Source: Bacillota bacterium (GTDB lineage Bacteria > Bacillota > Clostridia > Christensenellales > DTU072). From it: a stretch of 64,000 nucleotides of DNA. The stretch lies in contig JAEXAB010000001.1 in NCBI GenBank assembly GCA_023394875.1, forward strand, positions 320,588-384,587. Direction: 5' to 3'. Of this stretch, positions 24,801 to 39,800 are shown in pieces; within the stretch, counting starts at the first letter, position 1, and every line of letters begins with the position of its first letter. The notes below the pieces were generated by a model. The model made no database searches. It had not been told where the DNA came from and was given only the letters and a program-made list of their open reading frames with translations. Both the position numbers and the translations under genes were made by a program.

Positions 24801-27800
24801 GCTTACCGAAGTAACTTCGAAGTACTTGTTGTTGATGTTGCTTCCGTCATAGTTAATTTCGCTGAATCTGTAGCTTACAAGTTCTTCTCTCTCCCCGTTA
24901 TTCAAGCGGTAATAGTCTTCCTTGTCCGCGCCGTAGATTGTTACGTTGGTTACCTTGGAGCTGTAAACCACGCTGGTTTCAAACTGGATTGCGCTGCTTC
25001 CCGAACTCTTAATAAGTCCGTATTGGTCGATATAATAAATATCCTTATTCAGACCGCTTCCGGCAACGTACTTCATATTAAGGATTCTTGCCTTAATATT
25101 GGTATCAAATTTGTCTTCCTCGGTGCCGCCCTTCTTTAACGGAGCGATATTGATATCCAACGCCTCTTTAGCGCAACTTAATACAGCTCCAACACTTGCG
25201 TTCATATTCTCGGACACTCTGAGTTTAATAGTGACGCTTCTCCCTGTGTAAAGGTCAGTCGTTTTGGTTGCGTAATTTGTTGAAGTGTCGTAAATAGTGT
25301 AATTCGCTGCCGTAAGGTTATAGGTACGGGTATAGTTGTCGGCGCCGTTTGTTACTATTCTTACGTTTCTGAAGTAACTAAAGTGCGCGCTTGAGAAATC
25401 TTCGCTGTAGACGTTGTCGGGAGCGTTGAACCTCGGGTCTCCGTTTAACGCGTTACGCATCGTGTAAGGATTGAGCAACAGTTCGTTGGTAGCCTTGAGT
25501 TCGTTTACGCTGTCGTTGTACAGTAAGTTGTCAAGGTCGATAAAGTCAACGCCGTTGTAGCTTACCTGATACTTCTGTATACTACGGTCGCGTACCACTA
25601 CGCTTATCGGGATAACTTGGAGTATTCTTCTGCCTATTACGGCTCCCTCTTCGTCATAGTCGGTATCATAAACTTTGGCGTAAACTATTTCGTTGGTATA
25701 GTCTTTGTCAAATACTCCGCCCGCTAAGGTCATGTTGCTAGCAAACGCCGCGTAATCCCATTCTACGGGTATTTCTCTTTCTCTGACGTTGCCTTGATAG
25801 TCTATAGAAATTACCGCATTTAGTGTACTGGGTAGTCCAATAAAGCCTTCAAAAGGTTCCACTATCAAGTTGATTAGTTGCTTGGTGTTAACGTTGTAAT
25901 TAATTCTTTGATAATTAACTCCGCTTTGTCCTTCCACAACCTTAAGCTCTACTACTTGCGCCCTATTAATATAAACGGTTACTTCAAGTTGCTGTCTTAA
26001 TATGCCTTCTCCGATAGAAGCGATAACGGAATAGGTGCCGCCGCCTGTGGTATAGACAATGTTTTCTATGCCTTCCCACTCTATAGTGTTTACTTGAGTA
26101 AGTTCGCTGCCGCTGCCGTAAGCTACCCAATAGGTATAATCGTCAAAGTCAACTCTGTTATAAATATCGCCGCTTAATTCCACAACGTCGTTGCCGTCTT
26201 TAATGAACAAGCCCGAAACCTTTCTCGACCACAAAGTTACGTCAACTATCTTTTCCGAACGAATGTCGAACTGACCGTACATGCCGTTAGGTACGCTTAC
26301 GCCCATATAGAAGGATACTTTGTAGGTTGCCTGGTCAAAGTCGTTAGCTACGTAGGAATATAAATCAATGTCGTTTACGTCAACTTTTACGGTAACTTCC
26401 TTAGTGGTGTATTTCACTGTGCCGTTATTATCGATATAGCGTGTGTAAACTAAGCAACTGGTGTTGTTAGCAACCAACCAATCGATATTCTCAACTCCGT
26501 AAGGATCAAGATAGATATCTTCGCTGATACCGCTTATTACGTTAACTATTGTTTCTTCGCCGATATTTAGCTCTACTTCCCTGTACAGATAACCAAACGT
26601 AGCGTCGCCGATTACCGCGGTAGCTCTGGGCATTTGTCCGTTTTCTTTCTTGCCGGTATAATCGTATGTCTCTATTCCTCTCCAGCTTACGCTCAAGGTT
26701 TCGCTTTCCGAAACGCCGTTTCTTACGCCGGTTACTGTGGCTCTGGTAGGCAGTTTTGTGTTAATATCATCGTAAGCGGTTGCTATCTGATTATTAAAGT
26801 TTACTACTTCCCATTGTCCCGTTCCGCTGTTGAATCTCTCATAAACGATATTGGAAATAGTGCTGAACTTCCTTATAGCGGTATTGCGTAATACTACGGA
26901 TATAATTTGTCTGTTGTTGTGCTTGGTCCCGAAAGTGATACTGCTGTTTACTGTAGCCTTGCTGTAGAACTCGCTGTTATTGGATAAATCAATTAAACCT
27001 TTTATTGTGCCCGTCGTTCCGTCGGCGTATCTAACGGTAAATATTACGTTTTGTTCTTCGCCTAACTTAATAACGGCAGGGTCAATAGCCAGACTAATGC
27101 TTCCGCCAATGTTTTCTATCGGGATATTTACTCCGTCTGTTGTCGCGCTCTCAATAGAGGTAATAACGGTATTCTTTTGGATGTTGGTAACAATGTAAGA
27201 ACCATTATTGTATTTAATAACCTTAGTTAGATCGATTATTATCCATCTGCTCCATCTAGCTCCCACCTGAGTTATGGAATCATAATTCTTGCTGCGTACA
27301 AGCACCTTTATAGAATGTGCTCCGTTAGCAGTATTGTTGTGATAGCTGATACCGTCGTCGGTATAATCGTTGTTGCCGTTGGTGTCGTAAACGTATTCCC
27401 AACGTACTTTTCTAAACTCGGTGCCCTCGTATAATTCGTCAAGGGTATCCAGTTCCCAAATGGCGTTGTCGAAGTTATCTCTGCTTCCAACCTCGTCGCT
27501 TGCTATGCCAAAACGTGTTCCCGCAGTGGTGCCGTCTTCTATTATCAGACCGAAGTTATATTCTCTGGTGTTGACTTTGTCGTCGTTATAGTACAATCTT
27601 AAGAAGTTGTCTATGGTAGCTTCGCTGTAGGTATTGATGGATATCGTAGCATTGTAATTAAGATATATTTCTCTTATGTTAACTTGTTTTACTTGGATTA
27701 CCACACCTCTTATTAGCTGGTCGCCGAACAGACTGTCTTTTAATAATACTTCGGCATAAAGTATGGTTCCGTTGTAACTCAAATTTTCGTTGATATTTTC

Positions 27801-30800
27801 TAAATCAACCTTCCAGATTATTTGAGTCTTCTTCAGGTCAAGTACCGTCTTGTTGGTAACTTCTCCGGTTATAGGATCGACTATGGTTTCTATCTTCTCT
27901 ACTCCGTCAAAACCAACGTTTATAAATCTACCTAAGTCTTCCATAGTAATGGTGCTTAAATCGCTACCGGATACGCTCTTTGATTCCACGCTCTTAGCTA
28001 CTCTTCTTTCCACTGACCTACTGATACTCAAGCTCTTGCGTGAATACTCGTTATACCATTTATCCCAAGTGCGGGCTTGTAAGCTGGTGTTGGATTCTCC
28101 GAAATTAGCTGTTCTTACTTCCTCGAATACTTCTTTCAACGCGTCTACTGAAATCTTATTGTTCTCAACTTTGACGTTGCTGTTATCTGCAATCAGTTTT
28201 TCATAAGCTAAAGACTTAGCCGCGGTGATGCTAATCGTGGTGTAGGTAAGTTTTGCTTCTAGCAGTACGGTATCAAGATACAATACCGTATTGTTGTTGT
28301 AGGTATCCTTAGCGGTATCGCTGTACTTATCGTACCATACGTCCCAAGCTCTGGCTTTGTTGTTGTCTTTATTTTTGAGAATTGCCGCAAGCTCTAATTT
28401 TTCGAACTTAGTTAGATTGTTATAAACAGCGTCATAAGCCTTCTCTTTTGCGTTATTAAGAGAATATCTAATAGACAGATTGTTGAGCATAATTTCTGTC
28501 AACATCAAGTCCATATCCAGCTTGCTATAGCCGTTTTGTCCGATGGATGCATAAATCGTGGTATCCAAACTGCGGTTGTAACTCATATAAGGAATACTGT
28601 AGCTAAAGCCGGTACCATTTATGGCAATAACTCCGTTCGCTTCAAACTTGCCGGTCATCTGGTTGTAAGTTGCGTATGCCTTATTAGCTTGAGTATATTG
28701 TCCAAGAACGGCTTTTTCATAGTATCCGCTGGTGTATACAACGTAGATTTCTTCACTTAGACCCAATCTGTTGATATAAGTATCGTTAATGGTATCGATA
28801 GGACTTAAATCGCTACCGGTGTCATAAGGAGTAATGACCTTGTTGTTTTCGATATAGACCTTGGTAGCTCCGTTATAGAAGTAGCTTGCGCCGCTCTGAA
28901 TGTCGCTGGAAAGTATCTTTATTAGAATCTTGACGGTCTGAACGTAGCCCGTACCATCGGTTATATCGTAGCTTATAGCATAGTCTTCTGCCTTGGTGCT
29001 AAGGGTCTTATAGTCGTTTAAGGTCTTGCCGTTAAGTTTTAGGAACTTTAAGCTACCCTCGATAATCTCCCAATCCTCGACAATGTCGCCGCATTGTACC
29101 GTTACTCTGTCAAAGGAAGTAATACCCTTTACTGTTGCAAGCGGGTTGTTGTTATACAGAGGATTAATTGTCAACATTCCGTGATAGCCTTGCGGCACGT
29201 TAGAATCATAAACTATTCCGCCAACGGTGTTTTCCACTTCGCTTTCCACTTTTACAAGCTCGTAATTCTTAATGGTAAGCGGTATCTTGACGTCGGTGAA
29301 CTCGGTATTGGACGATAGTTCTTTACCCTCGCTGTCATAGCCGAAGGAACGGAAGCTTAAATCAATATAGGGCTGTTCGTCGGCAAACGGACTATTGTAT
29401 TTCATAGAGGTAAAGCGTCTTATGGAATTAACGGTCTGATAATCCAAACTCCACTTCAAATCATTGAATATATAAGTCTTTTGTCTGACGTTGCCTTGAT
29501 TGTCGGTATTTGTATAGTTGTAATTGAATACCAAAGGTAGGGACGCTAAGAACTCTTCGGCGTCAAAGGCTCTGGGATTGATTACGATATTGCTTATTTT
29601 GTCAATAATCTGCGCTTTGGCTTGATTTACGTCAATTTCAAACGGCTCGATTACTACTCTTACAGTAGAGCATACCGCATTGCCGATATATCCTTGCAGA
29701 TAAACGGTTTGTCCGTTCGTGCCTTTCGCGCTGGAACCTAAAGCGTCGATATTCCAGGTTATCTTCATACCTTGAGTACCCTTGGAAGAACCGTCGGTAA
29801 AGGTAGCGAAATATCTGTTCGGCAATACGTCTATTATGGAAACAGTAGAATCTACGTTCCTTCTTACTCCGATAAAGCCATCGGAATATGCCCAGGTTCC
29901 GCCCTCTACGGTAAAGTCGGTAAGGTCAAACGGGTCATGGAATATTATCCTTGTCGGTAAGGTGCGGATTTCTTTGGTCCAAACAGCCATAACGGGCTCT
30001 ATAGAAATATGCCAGAACTCTCCGTTAAAGGTGGTGTCGGATACCTGACGGATATCCATACCGTTAAGGTCGATATCTACTTCCTGATAAATATCCTCTT
30101 TGGGATTCTTATTGTTGTCATAGATAAATATTCTGTCGTAAACAACCTTATCGCCGGTAATAGGATGCAAATAATAGGTATCGCTTATCGCATAGGATTG
30201 GTAATTGGACTTAGCGATAAACTCTTCCATAAACTTCTTAGCGTTAATATCTTCCACACCCGCTGAAACAATTTGTCTGGTTTGGATATCACAGCTCTTT
30301 ATTTCGTAAGTAGCGGTAGGATCTGTCTTGTAGGTATATGATCTCTTAGTGACGACATCTGATTCCACTCTTTCTTCGTAGTACATTCTTTCCATTACTT
30401 CGCCGTTTGAGTTGGTGGTCATCTCGTATTCCTGTCCACTGGTCTTGGACGTTTCGAACTCAGGAAGATTCAACTCTTCACGGTTGGAAGAAACGTTGTG
30501 GTAATAAAGCTGAACGCCTCTGTTCCTGTATTCATTGGGGTCTTCGTCGGACATCAATCCCTTCATGTTTATGGTATATGCGTTTTCTTTTACAACGGAA
30601 TAGAAGGATCCTATTCTGCCGCTCTTCTTCCAATAAGCATAATCCCAATCGCCTTGCTGCATTGCGCTGTAAGACGGCATCTCGTTTTCTTCGCGCAGAG
30701 CAATTTTTTCGCTGTTCTCGCTAAAGCTTGAGCCGTTGATAAACAGGCTTATTCTGTCGATATATCCGCTTTCGGAATCGCTGTTTAAGGTAATCTTCGC

Positions 30801-33800
30801 ATACACGCTCAAGTCATATTTCTTGGCTTCGCGGTATAAAGTACGGCTATAAGTGGTGCCGTCTTCTAACGTTACCGTAGCTGTAGAGGACAAAGTTTGG
30901 TCGGTTAGCAAGTTCTGATAAGGTTTCAGCGGGCTAGACGGTAAATCCATAGTGGAGAAGATGCTATAGCTTACTTGGAAAGGCAATACGTGCGCAATCA
31001 GTAAGGAGGCTTCTTCCAGTACGTTTCCTACCTGCTGTCCTACAGTCTTTAGTATTCCACCCAACAAAGGTATGATTGAGAAGGTTGTCGGGCTGTAAAC
31101 CAATAAAGCGATTAGGTCGTTTACACCTATTCTTTCGCCCAACAGGTTAACCGCTAAATCCTTTAAGTTGGACAGAGCAAATTCCTGCAACAGATAATGT
31201 ACAAGTCCTGCTCCCTCTTTAGCTAGAGCGCTTTGAGCCGCCTGCATAAAGGCTCCCTTTTCTTGATAGATATAGTTATATATCTTTATATCGTCTTCTT
31301 CGTTATATCTGCCGCGGTAGCGGTTGGTAAACTTGCTGAGCAGTTCTCCTTCGCCCTTTTCTTCAATTTCGTTTTCGGGATATTGAGTAAGGTCAAAGTC
31401 ACTTTCTTTGGTGTTTGCGCCAAGACTTATATCGGCAGCAGTCACCGTCTGTCCCATAGTAACGCCGGTAATACCCAGCATTCCGAAGAACAGATTCTGA
31501 ACGTTCAACAACAGATTGGTAATCATATTGGAGTCTATCCAGGCTTCTATATAAGTGTAAGTGTTGTATCTGTCGGCAACACGGCTACCTTCATAGATTA
31601 AGTTGCTGGTATCGTCAAGATAGGAATAGTCGTATTGCTGTTCTCCGTTGTCACCGTCGTTATGCGGTTCGCTGTCGATTATGTCTGCGCCTAGACGAAT
31701 GCGGAGTTTTTGTATCATAGCAGCGCTCTCACTTACCGTTTCCGACCAGTGGGTGGGACGCTTAGTAAGATTAATCTCAACATTATAGCTTGCCGCTCTG
31801 TTATCGGAGGCATTGACCGTTTCTGCTACACCCATTGTGGAAGTGGTATAGCTTGCCGATGACGGGTTGCCGACAACGGTGCCGCCCTGGGTAATGTTAA
31901 AGTTTTGATAAACCTTAGAACGGAACTTGAAGATATAATTGCCACCCACTAAGAATTCGGGCGCGGTAAAGCTGAACTTGCCGGCTTCGTCGACGTGAAT
32001 ACTGTAATTTTCGGGCTCTAAATCGTAGAAATCTTTAACGCCGATTGTGTGTCCGTTCAAGGAAACCCAGAATTCGAAGTCATCAACAGAAGGCACGACG
32101 TACTTATTAAGTTCGGTGTCATAATAGCGGATATAACCCATGAAAGTTACGCTTGTTACGTCGGTCTTAGTAAATATAATATCTACCTGCAGCGTGCTTC
32201 CTGCGCTTGCCGAACTAATATAGGTATCAAGTAAGCCTATATCGATGCTTGTTCTCATACCGGCAAAGGTATACACAAAGCCTTCAAACTTATAGCCGCT
32301 TAGCTTACCTGACAAAGAGTGATAGGTCTTTGATATATTGGTGTAATAATCTCTTAGGTCGGTATATTCGTCTACGTTAATAGAGTAATTACCCTTTGTA
32401 GCGGTAGTTAAGCTACTTACCGTACGGTTCAGGCCGCCGTCGACAACTATACTTGCTCCGCCGAAAGCCAATACGTTAGTAAGTTCTGCCATGCTTAAAG
32501 CAGGATTAACCATAAAGTAGGTCTTACCGGTTAAAGTTACCGTCTTCTTTCTATCCGCGTTTGCTTTTGCCAAAACTTGCGAACAGTTAATAGCGGCGCT
32601 TGTCTCTTTGGGCACTATCAAAACGTCGTTTTCGGAATAGGAAGTATAACCTTCTTTATAGATGGTTACCGTGCTTCTGTCGGTAAGAGCGTAGAATAAC
32701 TCTCCGACCTTTCTGTATCTTACGTTGTTGTAAACAAATCCTGCTTCTGCCGTAGGATTGATAGACGGATTATTTGTCAAATATTTCTTTACGCGTTCTA
32801 TATCCTGCTTGCCGGTTATGTGGTCGGTAATGGGCAGTTCTAAGAAATAATAGTAACCGTCTTTGTCGGTGGTTGCCTTATTGACAATACCGCTTCCCGA
32901 AGTAATCTCAACAACGGCGCCCTCAACAGGTAGTCCGTCGGTGTCCTTGATTATTCCGTAGAATCTTCCCGTTTCTCCCGCCGTATCGGTATCGGGGAAC
33001 ATAGTGTCGGGGAAGATAACAATGGTACCAATAGCAATACCTTTACTGATAAAGCCGTCTATATCGCCCTGCAAGAAGCTCTTGACGTCTAACGTTATAC
33101 CCAAAATGGTAACGGTAATTGACATACCCAAAGTTATTACCAAGGTATGGTTTTCTACGTGGACGGAAATATTGCCTTGCTTGTAAGAAGGCGTCTTTAT
33201 TGCCGCGTCTATGACGTTATCCATAGACTTATTGACTTCCAGTTTTCCACGGGCATATCTGTTTCTGAAGAATTTGGCTTCGTTGGTATCGTCTTCAAAA
33301 ATAGCCGTAGCGCCGCTGCTTATATTGGAAATCAGTTTGTAACCGGTTTGAATGATTTGCCACCAGCCAACGGGGTTGCCCATAGCGGCGGTTGCAATAT
33401 TGGATACAATCTGCGCAATCTTTATTATTTTTACTATCTGAATAATACCTTGGGCTACAGACTCTGCTCCGTCAAAGCCGTCGTCTTCGTCGGCATAGTT
33501 ATTAGGTCCGGTTTTGTGAACTGCGGGATATTTTGTAAATACGTCTTTTCTTGTCCAATAATCGGTACGTTTTTCTACGTAGAGTGTAAGGTCGTCAAGG
33601 AATATGCCGTCTAATACACTGTTAACCAGGTTGGCCATATTCATCGATATACCCTTGGAGCTTAGGATAAGACCGTTTACTCCGCCGTAGTTATTAAGAC
33701 TTTCGGGCAAGGCAATTATGTCGGTTAAGTCTTTATCTCTGCCGCCTGCTGCCTCTCCAACGCCGTCGTTTATTTTTATCTTTAATCCTCTTTCGGGGAT

Positions 33801-36800
33801 AGAAAGACCTAGTCTGTTGCCTTGAGAATCTACCTTAACGCTTAAACTGAGGTTGTTAAGTCCCTCATAAGTGTTCATGCTTAGGCTTATCTTTTCAAAA
33901 GCAGGTATATCCATACCAAGTAAGAGCTTGAATACTCCGGCATTGGGATTAATGGTTATTCCCTTATTGCCTAAAAGTACGTTAATGGTAGCCGCGCTCT
34001 TCTTGCCGCCGGGCGAAGTGGTGTTGCCGCCAGTATTTCCGATACCGACAGCTTTTGCCAAAGCGTTAAGCTCTTTATTATACTCATCGTCGCTCATGGG
34101 GAATGCTTCTCTGATTTCCGACAACCCTTCTTCTATGATTTCGATTACTTCTTCATCGGTCATTTTGCCGAATCTTCCGGCTAAGTTGTCGCTTACTAAG
34201 GAAGCTTTAAGTTCTGCCAAGCTTGATTCTTTGGTTACTTCTTCTTCATAGGAAATCTTTCTATGAGAAACAAGCTGCAAAGTCTTGCCTTCCGCGGTAT
34301 CGAAATTGAGCATATCGGAAAGCAACGCGCTTACGTCAATACCACTTGAGCCGGAGAATTGAGAAATTATATCAATTCCACCAAGTAGTTTACTCAAAAT
34401 ACTGCCAAGGTCAATACCGTTTAATGAGGTCTTGAAGAGCCCTAAGGTGCTTAAATCAACGTACACTATTTTGTTTACGTAGTACACTGCGAGCATAATG
34501 TCGTCGTTATAGTAAATTTCCAACACTAATATAGAATTGTTGTAGTTTACTAAGTCAATGGCTATGTCGAAGTTTAGGGTAAACGTCATCATAGTGTCTT
34601 GCATGTCAAAGTTAACGGAGTTTTCTTCTAATTCAAGAAGTTTTTCTAAGAATTCTTCCAAATCTTCCACGACTTCGCTCTTTGTGCCGTCGGGCTTTAA
34701 GGTTTGCAAGGTTATATCCAGTTGCAGACTTAGGTGCAGGTTCTTAATCTGGTCAATGCTTGTGCATTCTTCGGCGTCATAGTCGTTTACTATGGTCATA
34801 TCAATAACCGAGGATAGATTGTTCGCCTTGACAAGGTGGGAGAAGCTCTTTCTAATGTTGTAGCGGATGGAGAATTGCTTATTTTCGTCCATGACAAGCT
34901 GTATGCCCGATACTTCGGAAATACCGTCGCCGTCACTGTCTACACGACCTATCTTGAGATAGCTGAACATAGGAAGGTTCATAATAGCGGCAGGCAACGT
35001 GCCTTTCTTCAATATCTCTTCTCTTTCTTCATCGGACAGAGGTCCGCCGTTTTCCTCTTCGGCTTTTTCAAGGGCGCTTCTTGTCAAAATCGTGTCTAAG
35101 TTGCCCAGTAGCGCCATTAACAAGCCGCCGGTTATTGCTATGCTTACTTCTTCGTAATCATAGATAAACAGCAGCATATTCTGACCGAATTCCATATCGG
35201 CTATGGTGTTGTAGCGTAAAGCTCTCTCTTCGGCTTCGCTGATGTTGTTGGATATACCCGATGCAGCGTTCTGCGGCTGTATCGTTTCTTCTTCCTCAGG
35301 CTTAAAGCCGCTTGTTAGATCGGCAAGGAGACCTTTTACAAGACCGCCAAGGTCAATCCCCGACAGACTAAGTAAGGAGTATCCCAAGCCTCTTAAATCG
35401 ATATATACCGTTCCTCCGCCCGAACTTCCCACAAATGCGATACTAAGTATTCTCTTTGTAATGTTTCCGTTGCCGTCGCCGTAGCCAACGTCCAGTTCCA
35501 ATCTTAGTCTGCCGACATCGTTAAAGTCGATATAGGTACGCAAAGCGAAAGCTATCTCTATATTGAGACTGTCTTCGCTGCTTAGTATATTGAGTCCTAG
35601 TCCTCTTATTATGCTGTTGGATAATTGCGACATCTCAAGTAAAGTATTGAAGTCGTCATTAATAAGTAGGGAGCTGTTTACTTCTGCCACCCAAACGTAA
35701 TCGGCTATATTTTGATAGTTGGCAAACTTCGTGTTAATGGACTCACCGAAGAAGTTACTCTTTTGTCCGAAGCTGATGTTAACGTTAGCTATGCTAAACG
35801 AATAGTTAATCTTAGAGTCGTTTATTACGTTGCCGTCTTTGTCCTTAATGGACGCATCCACAGGCACGGTTATACTTAAGCTGTTGTTGATAAAGTCAAT
35901 AGCTATCTGAATGTTACCGAATTCGTCAAAGTTGAAATTAAACAACGCCGACATTAATGCTTGAATAATAGACGCCGACAACTTGATACCTAAAGTACCT
36001 TTACCAAAGGTAATACTTTCTACAATCTTACCCCAGTCAAGGTTGGAGAATATACTGTCTCCGCCCTCATTAGGTTGATCTTGTTCTTCTTCGGCGTATA
36101 ATAAGCGGCTATACAGATAAGAGCTGTAGTTAGCCCCGTCTATATCGTAAACGGTATCCGATTTGAAAATATCAAAAAACAGCTGTACAAGGTTAATTCC
36201 TAAGAAGTCGTATCCCACTTTGGGGGTAAGCATAAGTTTATCGTGATCAGAGTCTCCGCTGTCTACATAAATCTTCGGATCAAGAACGCCGTCTCCCTCA
36301 CCGTCATGGTTGAGAAGTCCGCCCACAAAGTAGATATTGGCAATATTGCTTCCGTTTAGATTATACATTCTGATACTAAAGTCAAAGGCAAATTGCTCTA
36401 TGTCAACGTCTAAAGCTATATCGATTCTTATTAATCCTTTTGCGTTGCGCAAGAATCTTAATTGGAAGTAAGTGTCCATTTCTTGCACGTCGAATAATTT
36501 GCTCCAGTCAAGAACGGTTTTTAGAACGTCGCTTTCCATATAAATACTTAGTGAAGCGGTAAAGCGCGCGCCGATAATTTCCGTCAATACGCCTAAAAGG
36601 TCGGCGCCCTCTTCTATATTGGTGCCCAGTTCGTAGAAACCGTCAAAGAAGCCGTTTTCATATTTACCCATAACGTCGTCATATAAGGTATTGAACGTTG
36701 CTTTATTGGTACTAATTAGAGTATCGTTAAGCAAGGTAAGATTGACGTCATAACCTACCGTTCCGGTATCTTCGGGGGTGTTTTTATGCAAATTAAGGTT

Positions 36801-39800
36801 CAAGGAGAAGTCGTCGCCGTATTCAATGCCCACCAAGCCTGATGTAAGAACCAGGTTAAGAAGGTCTTTCATTTCGCCGGTCAGGCTGTCTTTCCCCACG
36901 AATACTTTTACTATTTCAACCAACATATCGATGGTAATAATCAAAGCCGTTTCTTTGCTGCTTATCCTTATCAAAGCTTCGATTGCCTCGCCAAGAGTGC
37001 TGTCGGCGTTCTTAACTACCGAATAAAACTGTTCGATAGGAGTCATGGCGTTTTCCGCTTCTTCATCGGAATAGCCGTTATACGCTTTCATAATAAAGGT
37101 ATTGAGAGCCGCCATTTCCTCATCGGGATTAGCTCCGAACAGACCAAGCAGAACTCCGCTCAAGTCAACGGGTACCGCAACGCTTAATTTACTGTCAAAT
37201 ATCTCGGCTTGTCCGTAAATAACACCGCCGACAATCCAAATATGCAGAATAACTTGTTCAAACCTAATGTTTTCACCGTTGACATCATGCTCTATTATAT
37301 AGTACGTAAGCATCAGTTCGCCCACTATGGAGTTCTTGACGTCATTGGCGTTTTCAGAGAACAGCGCTGCAAAATTGACTCCCACTTGTCCTTGAATTGT
37401 GACGTAAATCATACTGCTTTCCATAAAGCTGATATCAAGGTCCAAATCAATGGGCAGACTGATTAGGTCTAATATATCAGTTATATTCAGATCACCTTGA
37501 TTGTAGCTAAAGGAAAACGATGCGTTGATGTTTATACGTAAAGTCAAATCGGAGTATTCGGTATATTCCGACTTCTCTTCGTCTGTCAAAACGTCTTTGA
37601 TACTGCTTACAGTTTCTCCGTTTTCGTTGACGTAATTGGACTTGATATCAACCAGCAAGCCAGAATCTTTACCGACTATGCCTATACCTAGGGCAAACCT
37701 GGCGCGGTTGTCTTTTCTTGCCATTGCTTCATCATAAAGCATGGTAAAGGCTCTTTGAGCAATAATACCGCTGTTGGTTACGCTAACCAGTTGCTCAATG
37801 GACGCCGCTTCTTCCAAACGTAGATATTCGATTAGGTATTGGCTCTTTTCCACAAAGCTGAGCATTTCCAGTATTTCTTCTGCGCTATAACCTTGTCCTA
37901 AGTTGGCTTTTAAGGTCAATTTTTCGGCTACTTGCGGATACAGAGAAATATAATCGGCAAAGTATTTGTTCCATATTGGCAAAGTCAAAGCGTTTTGGGT
38001 GTTGGCTAGTACATTGACGGCAATTACTATTCCGTCATACAGCTCAACGCTGGCGTTACTTAAAGTAACGTTGTTATTCTTGATATAATCAATCACCAAC
38101 AGTAAAGCTTCGGCTTTTAGTTTGGCTGTTGAGGTATTAAGAGTAGCTATATAGCTAAGCAAAACGGTTTCGTCGCTGTCGTTAAGGTTGATTGATGCCA
38201 CTAACGCGTCAAAGTCTATTGCCAGCGCGTTGGCGTAGGCTGTGGATGCTTGAATGTAATAAATACTACCGCCTAAGCTGTAAGTGTTGAATATAGCGCG
38301 GAAAGCGGAATTTATACCGGTTACCGAATAATTACCGTTGAAATATGTCAATATCATATCGCGCATTCTTTGATAGTCTTCGGTGCGGCCGTTGGTTAGG
38401 GACAATTGTGCGGAGTTGCTGACGATGTCGGCAAGGTCTCTACTCAAAGTCAAGATATTATTGTAAGACAGTTCGGAGAACTGGTCGAATAAACCAAGCT
38501 CGCTGATATATTCCATAAAGTAGATGCTTACCACCTCTTTATAGCTTGTCCAGACGTTGTTTAGTATATTCTTTAGTGCTACGCTTATAAGAATATTCTC
38601 TTTTTCAAAATTGATTGTTGCTACGTTGTAGCTTAATACCACGATTGCGGCAAACAATTCTCTCTTGCTGCTATTGCTAATAACGCCCGAACCGACTTCT
38701 TTTGCTGCGGTAATAAGGTTAGATATACTGCGGCAGTAATTAACGGTATCTTTATACGCGTTGGGTACGGCAAATCCGCCTTGAGCTATCATTAGGTCTA
38801 TTGCGTTTACAACTGTCGTAAGGTCATAACCGCCGCTTAATTCTTCTCCGCCGAATTCTTCGGTATAAATTTCGTATAAGTAATCGCGCAGAGCTAAAGC
38901 AAAGCTGTCATAACCGCTTACTATTGTACTGAGTAAATTAATGACGTCTGACTGACCGTTATAAATAATGTTATCAGCCAAAGCGTCTACTATGGTATCC
39001 ATATTATAAGCAAGTATCTCATAATATCTTAGGTCATAGTTATTGATCCATTCATTAAAGTTACTTATCTTAGGCGTATCGGATCCTACGTAAGCTTGCT
39101 TAAACTGCTCGCGGTAAGCGGCAGCCATCTTGACAATACCGCTTGCGGTAAGGTTGGTTATCAACAGTTCTTTTAGGGCAAGCATCGATGCTTCTTCCAT
39201 TATAGGATTAGCAAGCAACGCTTGTTTAAGGGCATAATATTCGCCGCTGTTGTTATCAACGCCTTCAATGAAGTCCTCAATTAGTCCTATCTTATAGACT
39301 TTGCCGTCTTTGAACAGTTCTTTGGCGGTGTTAAGGAACAACGCTTTTGACTGGGACATATTTAAGGCGTGAGCCGAACTCAAATTGAATTCATAGGTCT
39401 CGCATTTTACTATCAGTTCATACCACAACTGGCGGTAATCTCTTCTGGATACTTCGGCGCTCAACATCAGTATGCTTTCCATACGGCTGTAAATATAGTA
39501 TATAGCCTGATAATAGGTTTTTCCGCCGGCGTTTAACTGATCAAACACGTTAGAGCTGTTTATCGACGTCAAAGCCTCTGTGATGTTCTTTAACTTGGTC
39601 AGTTTGGCAAATATTTGAGTATCCAACAAACTGCGGAAATTGTTGCAGTAATCGGGTATTAATTCTATACCGTAAGTAGCTATCGACAAATTATTAATTC
39701 TGATATTTTCGGCGGTCTTTTCGGGAGACGGATCGCTGTAATTATTTGCAGCCTGATAAACTGCCTTGATATAAGAAAGCAGTTTGGCGGCATAACCGTA

